A stretch of DNA of 64,000 bases from Acidobacteriota bacterium. GTDB taxonomy: Bacteria; Acidobacteriota; UBA6911; RPQK01; JADFOI01. Made by a program: the position numbers and the translations under genes. Below are positions 43,211-53,343 of this stretch, in pieces. Below the pieces are notes generated by a model, which saw only the letters and a list, made by a program, of their open reading frames with translations, had not been told where the DNA came from and did not search any database. Numbering within the stretch: the stretch's first letter is position 1; every line of letters starts with the position of its first letter. Location: assembly GCA_963663035.1 (NCBI GenBank), contig OY760074.1, positions 64,001 to 128,000 of the forward strand, written 5' to 3'.

Positions 43211-43660
43211 ATGAAGACCTGTAGCATATGTGGCAATGAGATACCGGGCGATGAGTGGAAATGTCGGTACTGCGACAGCTACCAACAGCCTGGGCGATCG
43301 TCACGGAGAAGCGGTGGGGAGAAGATCAAGACGGTCAACCTTAAGAAAGGGATGCCGTTTGTCGATGAAGCCTTAGGCACCTTGTCTCTTGAGCTGCATT
43401 TAGCACGATCGCAGGGTGTGAAGGTCCTCCGGGTCATTCACGGGTATGGCTCCTCTGGCACGGGAGGCAAGATCAAGCAGGCGGTCATCCAGGAACTGGC
43501 ATCCCTGTCTCGTGGCGGGAGAGTGCAGGCTTATGTTGTAGGGGACCGGTACTCAGAAGACACCAACCAGGGACGAGACCTGCTGAGCCAATTCCCAAGT
43601 CTCAGGTCTACATTAGTGTCCGATCGTCACAATCCAGGAATCACATTCGTGCAGCTGTAG
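43211..43660 (+). CDS. Zinc-ribbon + Smr domain protein
   Basis: CSICG..CRYC; VIHGYGSSG; NPGIT. Confidence 0.85.
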   Translation: MKTCSICGNEIPGDEWKCRYCDSYQQPGRSSRRSGGEKIKTVNLKKGMPFVDEALGTLSLELHLARSQGVKVLRVIHGYGSSGTGGKIKQAVIQELASLSRGGRVQAYVVGDRYSEDTNQGRDLLSQFPSLRSTLVSDRHNPGITFVQL

Positions 43661-43664
43661 CGGA

Positions 43665-43943
43665 TTAAGACCGGATGGGATGCTTTCCCCCCTGACGAGG
43701 GTTGGCCGCAATGACGGTGAGGGGTATTCCGTTCAGGGTGTGCCCGTTCAACTTGCTGGTGGCCGTTTCGGCCTCGCTCTGTGACCCCATTTCGACAAGA
43801 GCGAATCCTCGAGAACTCCCCGTTTGGTTGTCGGTAGCCACATGGAGCGCTTCGATCGTGCCGTGCTGGGAGAAGAGCTTCTCCAGCTCTTTCGCCGTCG
43901 TGGAAAGTGGAAACCTACCGACTAAAAGTGTCTTGTTACTCAT
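43665..43943 (-). CDS. RRM RNA-binding protein
   Basis: TGSSRGFALVEM RNP1-like motif. Confidence 0.88.
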   Translation of the reverse strand: MSNKTLLVGRFPLSTTAKELEKLFSQHGTIEALHVATDNQTGSSRGFALVEMGSQSEAETATSKLNGHTLNGIPLTVIAANPRQGGKHPIRS

Positions 43944-44110
43944 ATATTCCTTGCTTTACAAAAAGGCTTTGATGAACCTGAAGGGGAGATCACACGGGCT
44001 TCATGTTGCGAAATTTGCCAGCTCAGGAAGCCCTCCTCTGAAGTGGTAATTTCACTATAACATGGGAGCCTCCTTCTCTGTGCGGGAGTGCTCAGGAGCC
44101 ATGACTCGCC

Positions 44111-44177
44111 TCTGCGACGACCCCATGAGGGTGATTTTCATTGCTTTCAGGACACCTCAAGACCTAGCATTGGAGGT
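44111..44177 (+). promoter_or_regulatory. Repeat A start fused to repeat D promoter
   Basis: gcgacgaccc then TTGCTT(44141)-18-TAGCAT(44165). Confidence 0.65.
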
Positions 44178-44195
44178 AACTGCATTGAGGTGTGC

Positions 44196-44765
44196 ATGAT
44201 GATTGGTAGTGCCAGATTTTGGATCATGATGGCGGTGTTCCAAGTCGTCTTCGGATTGGCGATCTTTACCATCACGCGTCAATACTACATTCAGAACTCC
44301 GATAACGTCAGCGCCGAGCCAACTATCCTAGGAGATCCCTCGATCGCAGGGCCGGACCGCATCACGGACACCAATCTAGAAGGCGCAGCTCTGATATCAC
44401 GTCAGGCTGATGAGGCGTTCACCAACGAGCAATTCGACCGGGCGGCGGAGTTGTATGAGCAGCTCCTGGCACTCAGCCCGAACAACGTGACTGCCTATAA
44501 CAATTTGGGCATAACGCTGCACAATCTCGGCAGATCAGATGAAGCGCTTGGCAAGCTCAATGAAGGTGTGGCCGTGGATCCGACGTATCAAAGAATTTGG
44601 CTAACCTTGGGGTTCGTGAGTATTCAACTCGGTGACACCGAGCAAGCACGTACTGCCCTGACATCCGCTGTCCAGATGGGCGCTGACAACGAGGTCGGAC
44701 AAGCCGCATCAGAAATGCTCGAAAACCTGACGGTGAACCCGCTCCCACTGGTCAATTCGCATTAA
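44196..44765 (+). CDS. Membrane-anchored TPR protein
   Basis: TM segment, AYNNLGITL and related TPR repeats. Confidence 0.8.
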   Translation: MMIGSARFWIMMAVFQVVFGLAIFTITRQYYIQNSDNVSAEPTILGDPSIAGPDRITDTNLEGAALISRQADEAFTNEQFDRAAELYEQLLALSPNNVTAYNNLGITLHNLGRSDEALGKLNEGVAVDPTYQRIWLTLGFVSIQLGDTEQARTALTSAVQMGADNEVGQAASEMLENLTVNPLPLVNSH

Positions 44766-44790
44766 CGACTTCTGCCACGGGCTGATACGG

Positions 44791-46470
44791 TCACCGTCCC
44801 ATAGCTCTACAGGTAAAGTTACTCTCCACCCAGTTGGCCGGGTCGTTTTGGCCTCCCTCCGGGCCCGTGTATACAGCCTTTAGGGGATAGGCGCAGACCT
44901 TCCGCTCGTTGTCCACCCGATCGTCCTCCGCCCTGTGGACCGCGACGACGTGATTGGGAGCCTTCCCCTGCTCGACCCACTCGACGAGCGGCGGGAGCTT
45001 GTCCCATTCATTCGGACCGGGGCCCCCTCCGCAGTGCCCCATGCCGGGCATCATGAAGAGCTGGAAGCTCTCCCGGGCCTTTTCGACGTCCCCGTCAAAG
45101 GTGGTCTGGACCACTTCCTTGTAGTAATCGACGGTCGGCTCCGGATGAGGCCCCGTGTCGTTCCAGCCGTGATAGAGAATCAGCTTTCCCTGGTTGGTCT
45201 TCAGAAACCGCTCCAGATCAGGATCCGTGGCGTCCAGGATGGACATCATGGTCTCTCCGCGTCCTGCCGTGACGTCGTCCATGCTGAACTCCCACCATCC
45301 GTACTCCGGCTGCCCCCCGCTCTTGTCGAGCGAGTACGAGACATCCCCAGCGTCCGGTGGGATAATCCCGGGATCCTCATCGTAGAAGATGTAATTGAAC
45401 TGGTCGCTCGACATGCTAAGCCGCGAAGGATGCATGTCGTTCCCGGCCCATGGGAGCACGGCGGTAGCCCAGCCGTACTCCGAGCCCTTGGAATATCCCT
45501 TGTAGATGGTCCTCCCGCTGCTGTCATAGGGCCCCCGGTAGATGTCGCTGATCACCTTCATCTGGAGCTCGGTAAAGCAGGCGTCCCCGTTCTGATCGCC
45601 TCGGCAGTGCATCCCCGGAAGATCCCGCTGCGGCACGAAATCGCAGGCTGTGGGGTCGTCAATGACCCCGTCCTGGATTCCGTCGGCGGCATCACACTTG
45701 TTGATAACGGCCTGGTGCAGCATGTTCATCTTGGTGAGGCTCTCGGGCACCCCGTCCCCGTCGGCATCGAAGGCAAGGTTCCCGGCGAAGTTGTTCTCAA
45801 AGGTCTTTTGCAACATCCAGATATGCGCGACGTTGACCAGGGTGTAGTAGTTGACCGGAGCTCCTCCAACGATGCCGTCGTAATCGTAGGGAAAACGCTG
45901 AGCCTCCATCAGGGCCTGCTTACCGCCGGTCGAGCATCCTTCGAAGTAGGAGTACTCCGCATCCTTTCCGTAGTAAGCCCGGACCACCGACTTGCCGGCG
46001 TTGGTCATCACGTGGACGGCACGGTAGCCGAAGTCGATCTCAGCCTGCCGGTTGTTGAACCCGAAGGAAGCTGCGGGCTCCGAACCGTTGTCGTGTCCCG
46101 TATTGCTGTTGGCCACCGCATACCCTTCCGCTACACGGTGGTCGGCGAAGTCGAGGTCGCCGTCCTTGCCACCGTCGCCCCATCCGAGAAACCGGCCGTT
46201 CCAATCCGATGGCAGCGGGAGCTGGACGTGGTAGTGGATAGCGGGGTTGATGAGCCCGCGGACGTAGCATTGGCGGGGGGCGGTCTCCGTCGCTGAGCGG
46301 AGCTCAGCCGAGAGCAGGGTCAGATTCCGAGTATTCAAAAGCGCCTGACAAGCGGCCTCCTCGGACGAGCCTGCGATCTGTGCGGCCACTGTGGTGCCCC
46401 CCGCCAGAAAGGAAACGACCAAGCTGGACAAGACCAGCCAATTAGTAAGGGGAGAGAGTAGAGACTTCAT
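44791..46470 (-). CDS. Tannase/feruloyl esterase family hydrolase
   Basis: GCSTGG, YHGWND, PGMGHCGGG. Confidence 0.92.
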   Translation of the reverse strand: MKSLLSPLTNWLVLSSLVVSFLAGGTTVAAQIAGSSEEAACQALLNTRNLTLLSAELRSATETAPRQCYVRGLINPAIHYHVQLPLPSDWNGRFLGWGDGGKDGDLDFADHRVAEGYAVANSNTGHDNGSEPAASFGFNNRQAEIDFGYRAVHVMTNAGKSVVRAYYGKDAEYSYFEGCSTGGKQALMEAQRFPYDYDGIVGGAPVNYYTLVNVAHIWMLQKTFENNFAGNLAFDADGDGVPESLTKMNMLHQAVINKCDAADGIQDGVIDDPTACDFVPQRDLPGMHCRGDQNGDACFTELQMKVISDIYRGPYDSSGRTIYKGYSKGSEYGWATAVLPWAGNDMHPSRLSMSSDQFNYIFYDEDPGIIPPDAGDVSYSLDKSGGQPEYGWWEFSMDDVTAGRGETMMSILDATDPDLERFLKTNQGKLILYHGWNDTGPHPEPTVDYYKEVVQTTFDGDVEKARESFQLFMMPGMGHCGGGPGPNEWDKLPPLVEWVEQGKAPNHVVAVHRAEDDRVDNERKVCAYPLKAVYTGPEGGQNDPANWVESNFTCRAMGR

Positions 46471-46605
46471 GTCGACCTCCTTAGTCATGAACAGTTCCTT
46501 GGCCAATGGTCAGGACCTTATTGAATCGGGCCAGAGGGGTATTACATCGTTGTTCAATTCTTAGCAGTGATCGGACCCTATGTCAATACCCCCACCCCGG
46601 CCGTG

Positions 46606-46772
46606 CCCCTCCGTGACGACCCTCGCTCCCAGGACTTAAAATCCTGTGAAGGTTCGAGTCCCTCCCCGGGCACACTTACTCCAGCTCACTCCAGCCAGCT
46701 CGAAGCAATTTAGACGGCCAAGTTTGCTTGCTTTCAGGACACCTCAAGACTTAGCATTGGATGCAACTGCAT
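46606..46772 (+). repeat. Composite spacer: repeat A + tRNA-Leu 3' fragment (46631-46673, variable arm deleted) + repeat E + promoter D
   Basis: ctccgtgacgaccctcgctcccAGGACttaaaatcctgtgaaggttcgagtccctccccgggcac..actccagctcactcc..TTGCTT-18-TAGCAT. Confidence 0.88.
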
Positions 46773-46880
46773 CACGAAAGAGGGAGCATTTGGGAAAATC
46801 CATGGGCGGGACAACTATCAGCCACCACAACTCCCTGGAAGGAGTATTGGCCAGGGGTGAATAAAGAGATCTGCAGAGCC

Positions 46881-47756
46881 ATGTCACGGCGGAGAAAACA
46901 TACGAGAATACTTTTCTCGGAGGCACTGTTGATACTCTTGTTGGGTGCCGTGGCATCATATGGGGCCACAGTAGCGTACTCACTCCAGTTGCCACCTGAC
47001 ATTCCAGTGCCGGACAGGCCGAGCCGGCTCTTAACGGATATAGAGGGGCGTCCACTCCCCCTAGAGAGCGATGAGGAGATCGTACGTTTCCTGCACACAG
47101 CTCGGGTTGTCTCTTCCGAAGAGATCGGAGAGGGTGTGAGCGGGGCGCGTAAGGTTTTGTTGGAGAAGGACGGTCTTCGTGTTCATTCCATCTTTCGGGA
47201 TGTGCGCGTCAACGAGTCCAGGAGATTGCCCTCGGGGACGTGTGCAGCCTATGAGTTGAGCCGATTGCTGGGACTCGACAATGTTCCTCCAGCCGTGGAA
47301 CGGGAGATCGAGGGTAAGAAAGGATCGTTGCAGCTGTGGATCGAGGGGGCAGTAACCGAGAAGGTCCGAAGAGATCAGGGCCTCTCCCTTTTGGATGAAG
47401 AACGCTTGAGTCAGCACTGGCAAGTGATGTTGGTCTTCGATAACTTGATCTTCAACGATGATCGCAATCGAGGGAATTATCTCTATGACCGCAACGGCAA
47501 ACTTTGGATGATCGATCATACGCGATCCTTTCGAACAGATGATGAGTTACCCTACCCAACAGGTATCCTTCACTCTGAACGCCAGTTGTGGGAGGGATTG
47601 CAAAAGCTTGAGTCGGCTGTCGTGAAAACACATCTCCAGCAATACTTGGATCCTGCCGCACTGGAATCACTGATCAGACGCAAGGAAAAACTGGTGGAAC
47701 ACATCCAGGAAATGATTGCTGAGCGCGGCGAGCAGGATGTGCTTTTTAGCTTCTGA
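46881..47756 (+). CDS. Secreted atypical kinase-fold protein (PI3/4-kinase-like)
   Basis: AAYELSRLLGLDNVPP, GSLQLW, DNLIFNDDRNRGN, WMIDH. Confidence 0.7.
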   Translation: MSRRRKHTRILFSEALLILLLGAVASYGATVAYSLQLPPDIPVPDRPSRLLTDIEGRPLPLESDEEIVRFLHTARVVSSEEIGEGVSGARKVLLEKDGLRVHSIFRDVRVNESRRLPSGTCAAYELSRLLGLDNVPPAVEREIEGKKGSLQLWIEGAVTEKVRRDQGLSLLDEERLSQHWQVMLVFDNLIFNDDRNRGNYLYDRNGKLWMIDHTRSFRTDDELPYPTGILHSERQLWEGLQKLESAVVKTHLQQYLDPAALESLIRRKEKLVEHIQEMIAERGEQDVLFSF

Positions 47757-47819
47757 CGTCCCCGCACGTGGGACGGCCAGCCTTCAGTATGTGGCGACCA
47801 CTTTTGTCACAAGCTCGTC

Positions 47820-48199
47820 GAGCGGCTGGAGAAGTGTACGTGAGGCCGTTTCCCGATGTGAACGCCGGCCGCTGGCAGGTATCGAGCGGCGGCGGGGGAT
47901 GGCCGCTCTGGAGTCCGGACGGCCGGGAGCTCTTCTATGCGGGCCCAGAAGGCATGATGGTAGTACCTATTGAGACTGAGCCGACCTTCACCCAGGGTAC
48001 GGTGGATCTATTGTTTGACTTGGGCTCATACTTGAAGCCACCCGACCTGCCGTACCGAAGGGTCGCTATTTCCCCGGAGGGAGACCGCTTCCTGCTGCTC
48101 AACGCAGGCGGCGGATCGGATGAGACTGCCCAGACGACCAGCATCCACGTCGTCCTCAACTGGTTTGAAGAACTGAAGGAACGGGTCCCCCTGCCCTGA
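47820..48199 (+). pseudogene. Kinase-propeller C-terminal fragment followed by degenerate start stub (to about 48222)
   Basis: [35 protein letters not shown]; tgattggcaagccactttcccact. Confidence 0.85.
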
Positions 48200-48285
48200 T
48201 TGGCAAGCCACTTTCCCACTGCTAAGTCCTCCTTGAACTAAGGTCTCTGGGTCCGGACAACTTACCGCTCTCCTCGGGCCCCGAA

Positions 48286-49647
48286 CTACTGGAGATTCTT
48301 CTCCAGTAAGTCCTGAGGATCCAAGACGATGCCGTCCTTGATGACCCTGTAGATCTTCTGGGTGTTACGGATGTCCTCCAGCGGGTCGTCGTCCAGGATG
48401 ACCAGATCGGCATACTTCTCGGCCTGGACGGTGCCCAGCTCCTGATCCATGTGCAAGACCTTGGCGTTGTTCAAGGTCGCGGCCTGCAGGGCCTCCATCG
48501 GAGAAATTCCGGCTTCCACGAACAGCTCCATTTCCCAGTGCAGGCTCCACCCCGGCAGGATGGCAGCAGTGGCCGAATCGGTGCCGGCAATGAGAAGACC
48601 TCCTGCCTGTTGAAAGCGGCGCGTGACCTCCTTCATGCGGACCATGGTACTACTCCATTCGCGGCGCTCTTCTTCTCCATAGCTGGCCAGTGTATCGGGT
48701 TCACCTTCAGGAATGTATCGCAGCAACGGATTGGCCTCCAGGTCTGCAAGGGTACGCGCGTTTCGATTGAAGTTCACCAGAGTGGGAGCAAAATAAACAT
48801 TGCTTTGAACCATCAACTGAATCAAAGTCTCCGCTTTGTCGATGTCAAAGTTTCTATGCATGCGGCCGTACCAGAAACGAAACAAGTGGTCCCGAATGGA
48901 GGGGTCAAAATCAGAGGGCACATCCACTGCTTGCCCCATGGAATCTTCCAGAATCGAATAGGCGTGTTCGACACCATCCAGCCCAGCCTCAATGGCCAAA
49001 AATGCGCCGGGACCACGGCCGTCGACCATGGGCCCGGTGTGTCCGTAGACAAGCAATCCGTTAGCATGGGCGACTTCTACAATCTCCTCGAGGTCACGGA
49101 TCGTGTAGCCCTTGATCTTAATTCCATCGACTCCCGCCTCGACCAGCTTCCGGGCCATTTCCTGAGCACTACCCACCCCCATGGCTTTCACCGATCTGGG
49201 ATTGATGTCCACCCCTGAGACGACCATCCGAGGTCCCAAAATATTGCCGACCGTCAGTTCCTCTCTCAGCGTGAGGACTCTTTCAACCTGTCCTCCCATG
49301 TCTCGGACCGTGGTCACCCCATTTGCCAAATAAAGCCGATGCAGCCAGGGATAACGGTAGTGCACGTGAGAATCGATGAGGCCGGGAATAATGTACTTCC
49401 CGCTCGCCGAGATGACACGGGCCCCCGTGGGTGGACTGAGTTCCCCCTGCCGGTCGATCTCTCGAATGCGATTGCCCTCAATGAGAATCGTCGCACCGGA
49501 GAAGGGAGAACTCCCGGTTCCGTCAATAAGGGTTCCCCCTTCAATGACGATCACGGAACTCTCCGTGGACTGTCCCCAAGCGGGGGAGACCAACAACAGT
49601 GCCAACCAGAGGCAGACAGACTTTGTGTGTTTTATTGCGAGCGGCAT
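48286..49647 (-). CDS. Amidohydrolase family protein
   Basis: PGLIDSHVH, GVEH, AGTDS, ADLVILDDDPL. Confidence 0.9.
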   Translation of the reverse strand: MPLAIKHTKSVCLWLALLLVSPAWGQSTESSVIVIEGGTLIDGTGSSPFSGATILIEGNRIREIDRQGELSPPTGARVISASGKYIIPGLIDSHVHYRYPWLHRLYLANGVTTVRDMGGQVERVLTLREELTVGNILGPRMVVSGVDINPRSVKAMGVGSAQEMARKLVEAGVDGIKIKGYTIRDLEEIVEVAHANGLLVYGHTGPMVDGRGPGAFLAIEAGLDGVEHAYSILEDSMGQAVDVPSDFDPSIRDHLFRFWYGRMHRNFDIDKAETLIQLMVQSNVYFAPTLVNFNRNARTLADLEANPLLRYIPEGEPDTLASYGEEERREWSSTMVRMKEVTRRFQQAGGLLIAGTDSATAAILPGWSLHWEMELFVEAGISPMEALQAATLNNAKVLHMDQELGTVQAEKYADLVILDDDPLEDIRNTQKIYRVIKDGIVLDPQDLLEKNLQ

Positions 49648-49740
49648 TTTGGATCTACTCCTTTAAAATTGTGGGTCCGGCTTTTTCTCAAATATTAGGG
49701 CGTCAAGAGAGGAATGGCAATGGGAAACGTCAAGCTAAAG

Positions 49741-49827
49741 CCAACTCCACGCCACTCCACCCAAGATAGAGGGTGATTTTGATTGCCTTTTCACCCCCTG
49801 GAGATTTAGCATTGACCACAACTGCAT
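49741..49827 (+). promoter_or_regulatory. Repeat E + promoter D (TTGCCT-18-TAGCAT)
   Basis: Hexamers at 49783 and 49807. Confidence 0.65.
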
Positions 49828-49870
49828 TATCACTTTTACAACCCTATTACTAAGGGGGGGAGGATCCATC

Positions 49871-51511
49871 ATGAACCGAATAGTCTACTCAGCATCGCTG
49901 TTGTGTGCGATTTCTGTATTGGTTACGTTCGGCTGCAGCGGATTGGGAGGAGATGAAGTCCTGTCGGAAGCGCAAGCCGCTTGTCAGGCCTTGACGGGGA
50001 CACGGAACTTAACCATTACCTCGGCCCGCTTGGTGGAGGCCACGGATTCGACTCCCCAGTATTGCTACGTCAAAGGAGTCATCTCACCTGCCATCGTCTA
50101 TCATGTGCAACTGCCCTTGCCTGAGAACTGGAATGGGCGATTTCTGAAGTGGGGAGATGGCGGCAAGGACGGGGACCTGGATTTTGCCGATCACCGGCTG
50201 GCCGAAGGTTACGCGGTGGCCAACAGCAATACCGGTCATGACAATGGAGCGGAACCGGGATCTACCTTCGGTTTCAACAACCGCCAGGCGGAAATTGATT
50301 TTGGCTACCGGGCGGTGCATCTCACCAGCAACGCAGCCAAGACTGTCATTGACGCCTATTACGATCAGGCTCCTGAATACTCCTACTTCGAGGGTTGCTC
50401 AACGGGTGGAATGCAGGGCCTGACAGAAGCGCAACGATTCCCCTATGACTTTGACGGGATCGTAGCGGGCGCACCGGTGCATAACTACCAGGCCTTGAAT
50501 ATCAGCCATGTCTGGAAGTACCAAAGGCTGTATCAGAATGACTTCGCGGGCAACTTGGCTTTCGACAGCAACGGTGATGGTTCCCTGGACAGCCTCACCA
50601 AGCATGAGATCCTGACGGAAGCGGTTATGGCCAAATGCGATGCCAATGACGGGATCACCGACGGCGTCATTGATAATCCACTCAGCTGCGATTTTAAGCC
50701 CGAGGTGGATCTGGCTGAGATGATGTGCGCCGGGAATGTGAACGCCGACGACTGCTTTACCACTGCGCAGGTACAGACCATTCAGGATATCTATTCCGGT
50801 GCCTACGACTCCAAGGGGGTTTCTGTTTTAAAGGGATTAGCTCTGGGTTCGGAAGCCGGGTGGTCAGGTTCCCTCATTCCCCATGCGGGTAATGGCATGA
50901 GATCTCCCAGTGATCACATCAACTTTCTCTTCTATGAAAACGACCCCGGTGTCCGAACGCCCAAGCCCAATGATCTCTCCCTCATCCCCGATCGAACAAG
51001 CGTGCCGCCCGAGTGGTCCTGGTTTCAGTTCGATATTGACCAGTACACGGCAGGTCAGGGCGATTTGATGAAAGCGATCACCGACGCCACCGACCCGGAT
51101 CTAGAGCGATTTCTCGTCAAGAACAACGGCAAGCTCATCCTGTACCACGGCTGGAGTGATCCGGCCAGTCACTCCGAGCCTACGGTTGATTACTACAAGG
51201 ATGTTGTGAGCACCACCTTCGGGGGAGAAATCGAGACCGCCAGGGATCACTCCAGGCTGTTCATGGCGCCAGGGATGACCCACTGCGGGGGTGGGACTGG
51301 TCCCAACAACTGGGATAAGTTAGCCTCGCTGGTGGATTGGGTGGAAAATGGCAATGCCCCCGACTTTGTCATCGCCACCCACAGCACCGATGGGGTGGTC
51401 GATAACGAGCGGAGAATCTGCGCCTATCCGGAGTTGGCCGTTTACAGCGGTCCTGCCGGTGGGGCAAACGATTCCGCCAACTGGGTGGAGAGCAACTTTA
51501 CCTGTCAGTGA
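49871..51511 (+). CDS. Tannase/feruloyl esterase family lipoprotein
   Basis: GCSTGG, YHGWSD, PGMTHCGGG; close paralog of 44791-46470. Confidence 0.92.
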   Translation: MNRIVYSASLLCAISVLVTFGCSGLGGDEVLSEAQAACQALTGTRNLTITSARLVEATDSTPQYCYVKGVISPAIVYHVQLPLPENWNGRFLKWGDGGKDGDLDFADHRLAEGYAVANSNTGHDNGAEPGSTFGFNNRQAEIDFGYRAVHLTSNAAKTVIDAYYDQAPEYSYFEGCSTGGMQGLTEAQRFPYDFDGIVAGAPVHNYQALNISHVWKYQRLYQNDFAGNLAFDSNGDGSLDSLTKHEILTEAVMAKCDANDGITDGVIDNPLSCDFKPEVDLAEMMCAGNVNADDCFTTAQVQTIQDIYSGAYDSKGVSVLKGLALGSEAGWSGSLIPHAGNGMRSPSDHINFLFYENDPGVRTPKPNDLSLIPDRTSVPPEWSWFQFDIDQYTAGQGDLMKAITDATDPDLERFLVKNNGKLILYHGWSDPASHSEPTVDYYKDVVSTTFGGEIETARDHSRLFMAPGMTHCGGGTGPNNWDKLASLVDWVENGNAPDFVIATHSTDGVVDNERRICAYPELAVYSGPAGGANDSANWVESNFTCQ

Positions 51512-51535
51512 GTGAAAGGCTTGAGATGGTCACCG

Positions 51536-51567
51536 AACCATCCCAACTTCTGCGTCATTCATAACAT
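51536..51567 (+). repeat. Internal kinase fragment ([10 protein letters not shown] codons)
   Basis: aaccatcccaacttctgcgtcattcataacat versus aaccatcccaacatctgcgtcattcatgacat at 63918; 2 mismatches. Confidence 0.75.
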
Positions 51568-51576
51568 AGGCGGACC

Positions 51577-51834
51577 ATGAAAGTTATCATTCCACTAATT
51601 GGAGCTTTACTCATGGTCATCGGTCTCATTCGGGACGGGATGACCCTATTCAATACTCTTGCTGCTGTGGGTCTCCTTCTGTTCTGTTTGGGAGGGGCCA
51701 GTTATTTTCTTGCCTGGCCCCTCTCTCGAAATGAGGAGCAAAAGTGGCGCTTCAACCCGGACTTTGCCTGGTTGTCCATTTATCTAGTGGTTTTGGCCAC
51801 CAGTGCATTCTGGCTCCGGCTCCTGCTTCGATAA
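51577..51834 (+). CDS. Small membrane protein
   Basis: Three hydrophobic segments. Confidence 0.55.
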   Translation: MKVIIPLIGALLMVIGLIRDGMTLFNTLAAVGLLLFCLGGASYFLAWPLSRNEEQKWRFNPDFAWLSIYLVVLATSAFWLRLLLR

Positions 51835-51860
51835 GTCAGTTTCCTCATGGAGAAGAAGTC

Positions 51861-52076
51861 ATGATCAAGAATTTGTTCAAGGGGGCAGCGGTTGTGCTTG
51901 CAGTCTCGGAGATCATCGTGCTCTGGTTCCTCCTCACCTTGTCCGAACCCAATGGTCGTCTTCCTGGCGGGCGCCTCAGCGGGGAAGAAGTCACGGGACG
52001 TGTGACGGACTGGAGCTTCACCCGTGAGAATCGCCCACTGACCCTGGAGGTACGACCCTCCAATCCCTATTCCGTC
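51861..52076 (+). pseudogene. 5' part of a gene truncated by IS3
   Basis: PGGRLSGEEV..DWSF..LEVRPSNPYSV ends at the IS edge; GGAG RBS. Confidence 0.65.
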
Positions 52077-53343
52077 TGACCTTGCCCCCTAAAACGAGTC
52101 CAGTTTGAATGTTAGGATTTCCGGTTTAGGAAGGAGGCAAGGATGGCAGGGAAGCGGTTTAGGGCAGAACAGATCATCATGAAGCTGCGTGAGGCAGAGG
52201 TGGGTCTGGCCCAAGGACAGAGGGTGGGACAGGTGTCGAAGCAGATGGGGGTGAGCGAGCAGACCTACTACCGGTGGCGCAAAGAGTACGGAGGGCTCCG
52301 GTTGGACCAGGCCAAGAGGTTGAAGGTGTTGGAGAAGGAGAATACCCGGTTGAAGAAGCTGGTGGCGGATCTGTCTTTGGACAAGCAGATCCTGAAGGAA
52401 GTGTCCTCGGGAAACTTCTAGGCCCGGCGAACAGGAGACGAGCGGTGATGTGGGTACGAGAGCGATTAGGAGCAGAGCAAGTCTCCGAACGTCGGGCCTG
52501 CCAAGTGCTGGGACAGGTTCGATCGACCCAGCGAAGGGAAAGGCAAATTCCCGATGATGAGGCCCGATTGGTGGCCCGGATGGTGGAGTTGGCTACGCAA
52601 TACGGGCGTTATGGCTACCGGCGGGTCACGGCGATACTTCATGGGGAAGGGTGGAAGGTGAATCCTAAGCGGGTGGAGAGGCTGTGGAGACAAGAAGGGC
52701 TGAAAGTCCCGTCCAGACAGCCGAAACGAAGGAGGCTGTGGCTTAATGACGGTTCCTGTGTTCGGTTACGAGCGGCTCGCAAGAACCACGTCTGGAGCTA
52801 TGATTTCGTGCATGAACGGACCCATGATGGGCGAGCCTTTCGGCTATTGACGATCCTGGATGAGTACACCAGAGAGTGCCTCGCCATTGATGTGAAACGG
52901 CAGATGAATCACCAAGACGTGTTGGACCGGCTGGCGGAGTTATTCGTTGATCGGGGAGTGCCTGAGTTTATCCGGTCCGATAACGGATCGGAGTTTACGG
53001 CACAGGCGGTCCGGGACTGGCTGCAGGCTGTTGGGGTAAGGACCTTGTACATCGAGCCGGGCAGCCCCTGGGAGAATGGGTACATTGAGAGTTTCAACGG
53101 GAAACTACGGGATGAGCTGCTGAACATGGAGATCTTCGACACGCTGGGGGAAGCCAAGGTGTTGGTAGAACGCTGGCGGAGGGATTACAATCAGATCCGG
53201 CCTCACAGCGCCTTGGCCTATCGGCCGCCGGCGCCAGAGGCCAAACTACCTAGGTCGCAGGCACTGGATCCAATCCCTTGGAGTGGACTTCAAATGGTCC
53301 CGGGTCTAGCATAGAGGGTGGACTCGTTCGTGGGGGCAGGTCA
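52077..53343 (+). mobile_element. IS3-family element
   Basis: TG..CA ends, IRs tgaccttgccccctaaaacgagtcca / tgacctgcccccacgaacgagtcca; no TSD visible. Confidence 0.93.
52143..53314 (+). CDS. IS3 transposase OrfAB by -1 frameshift
   Basis: OrfA 52143-52421; slippery GGGAAAC near 52410; [21 protein letters not shown]. Confidence 0.92.
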
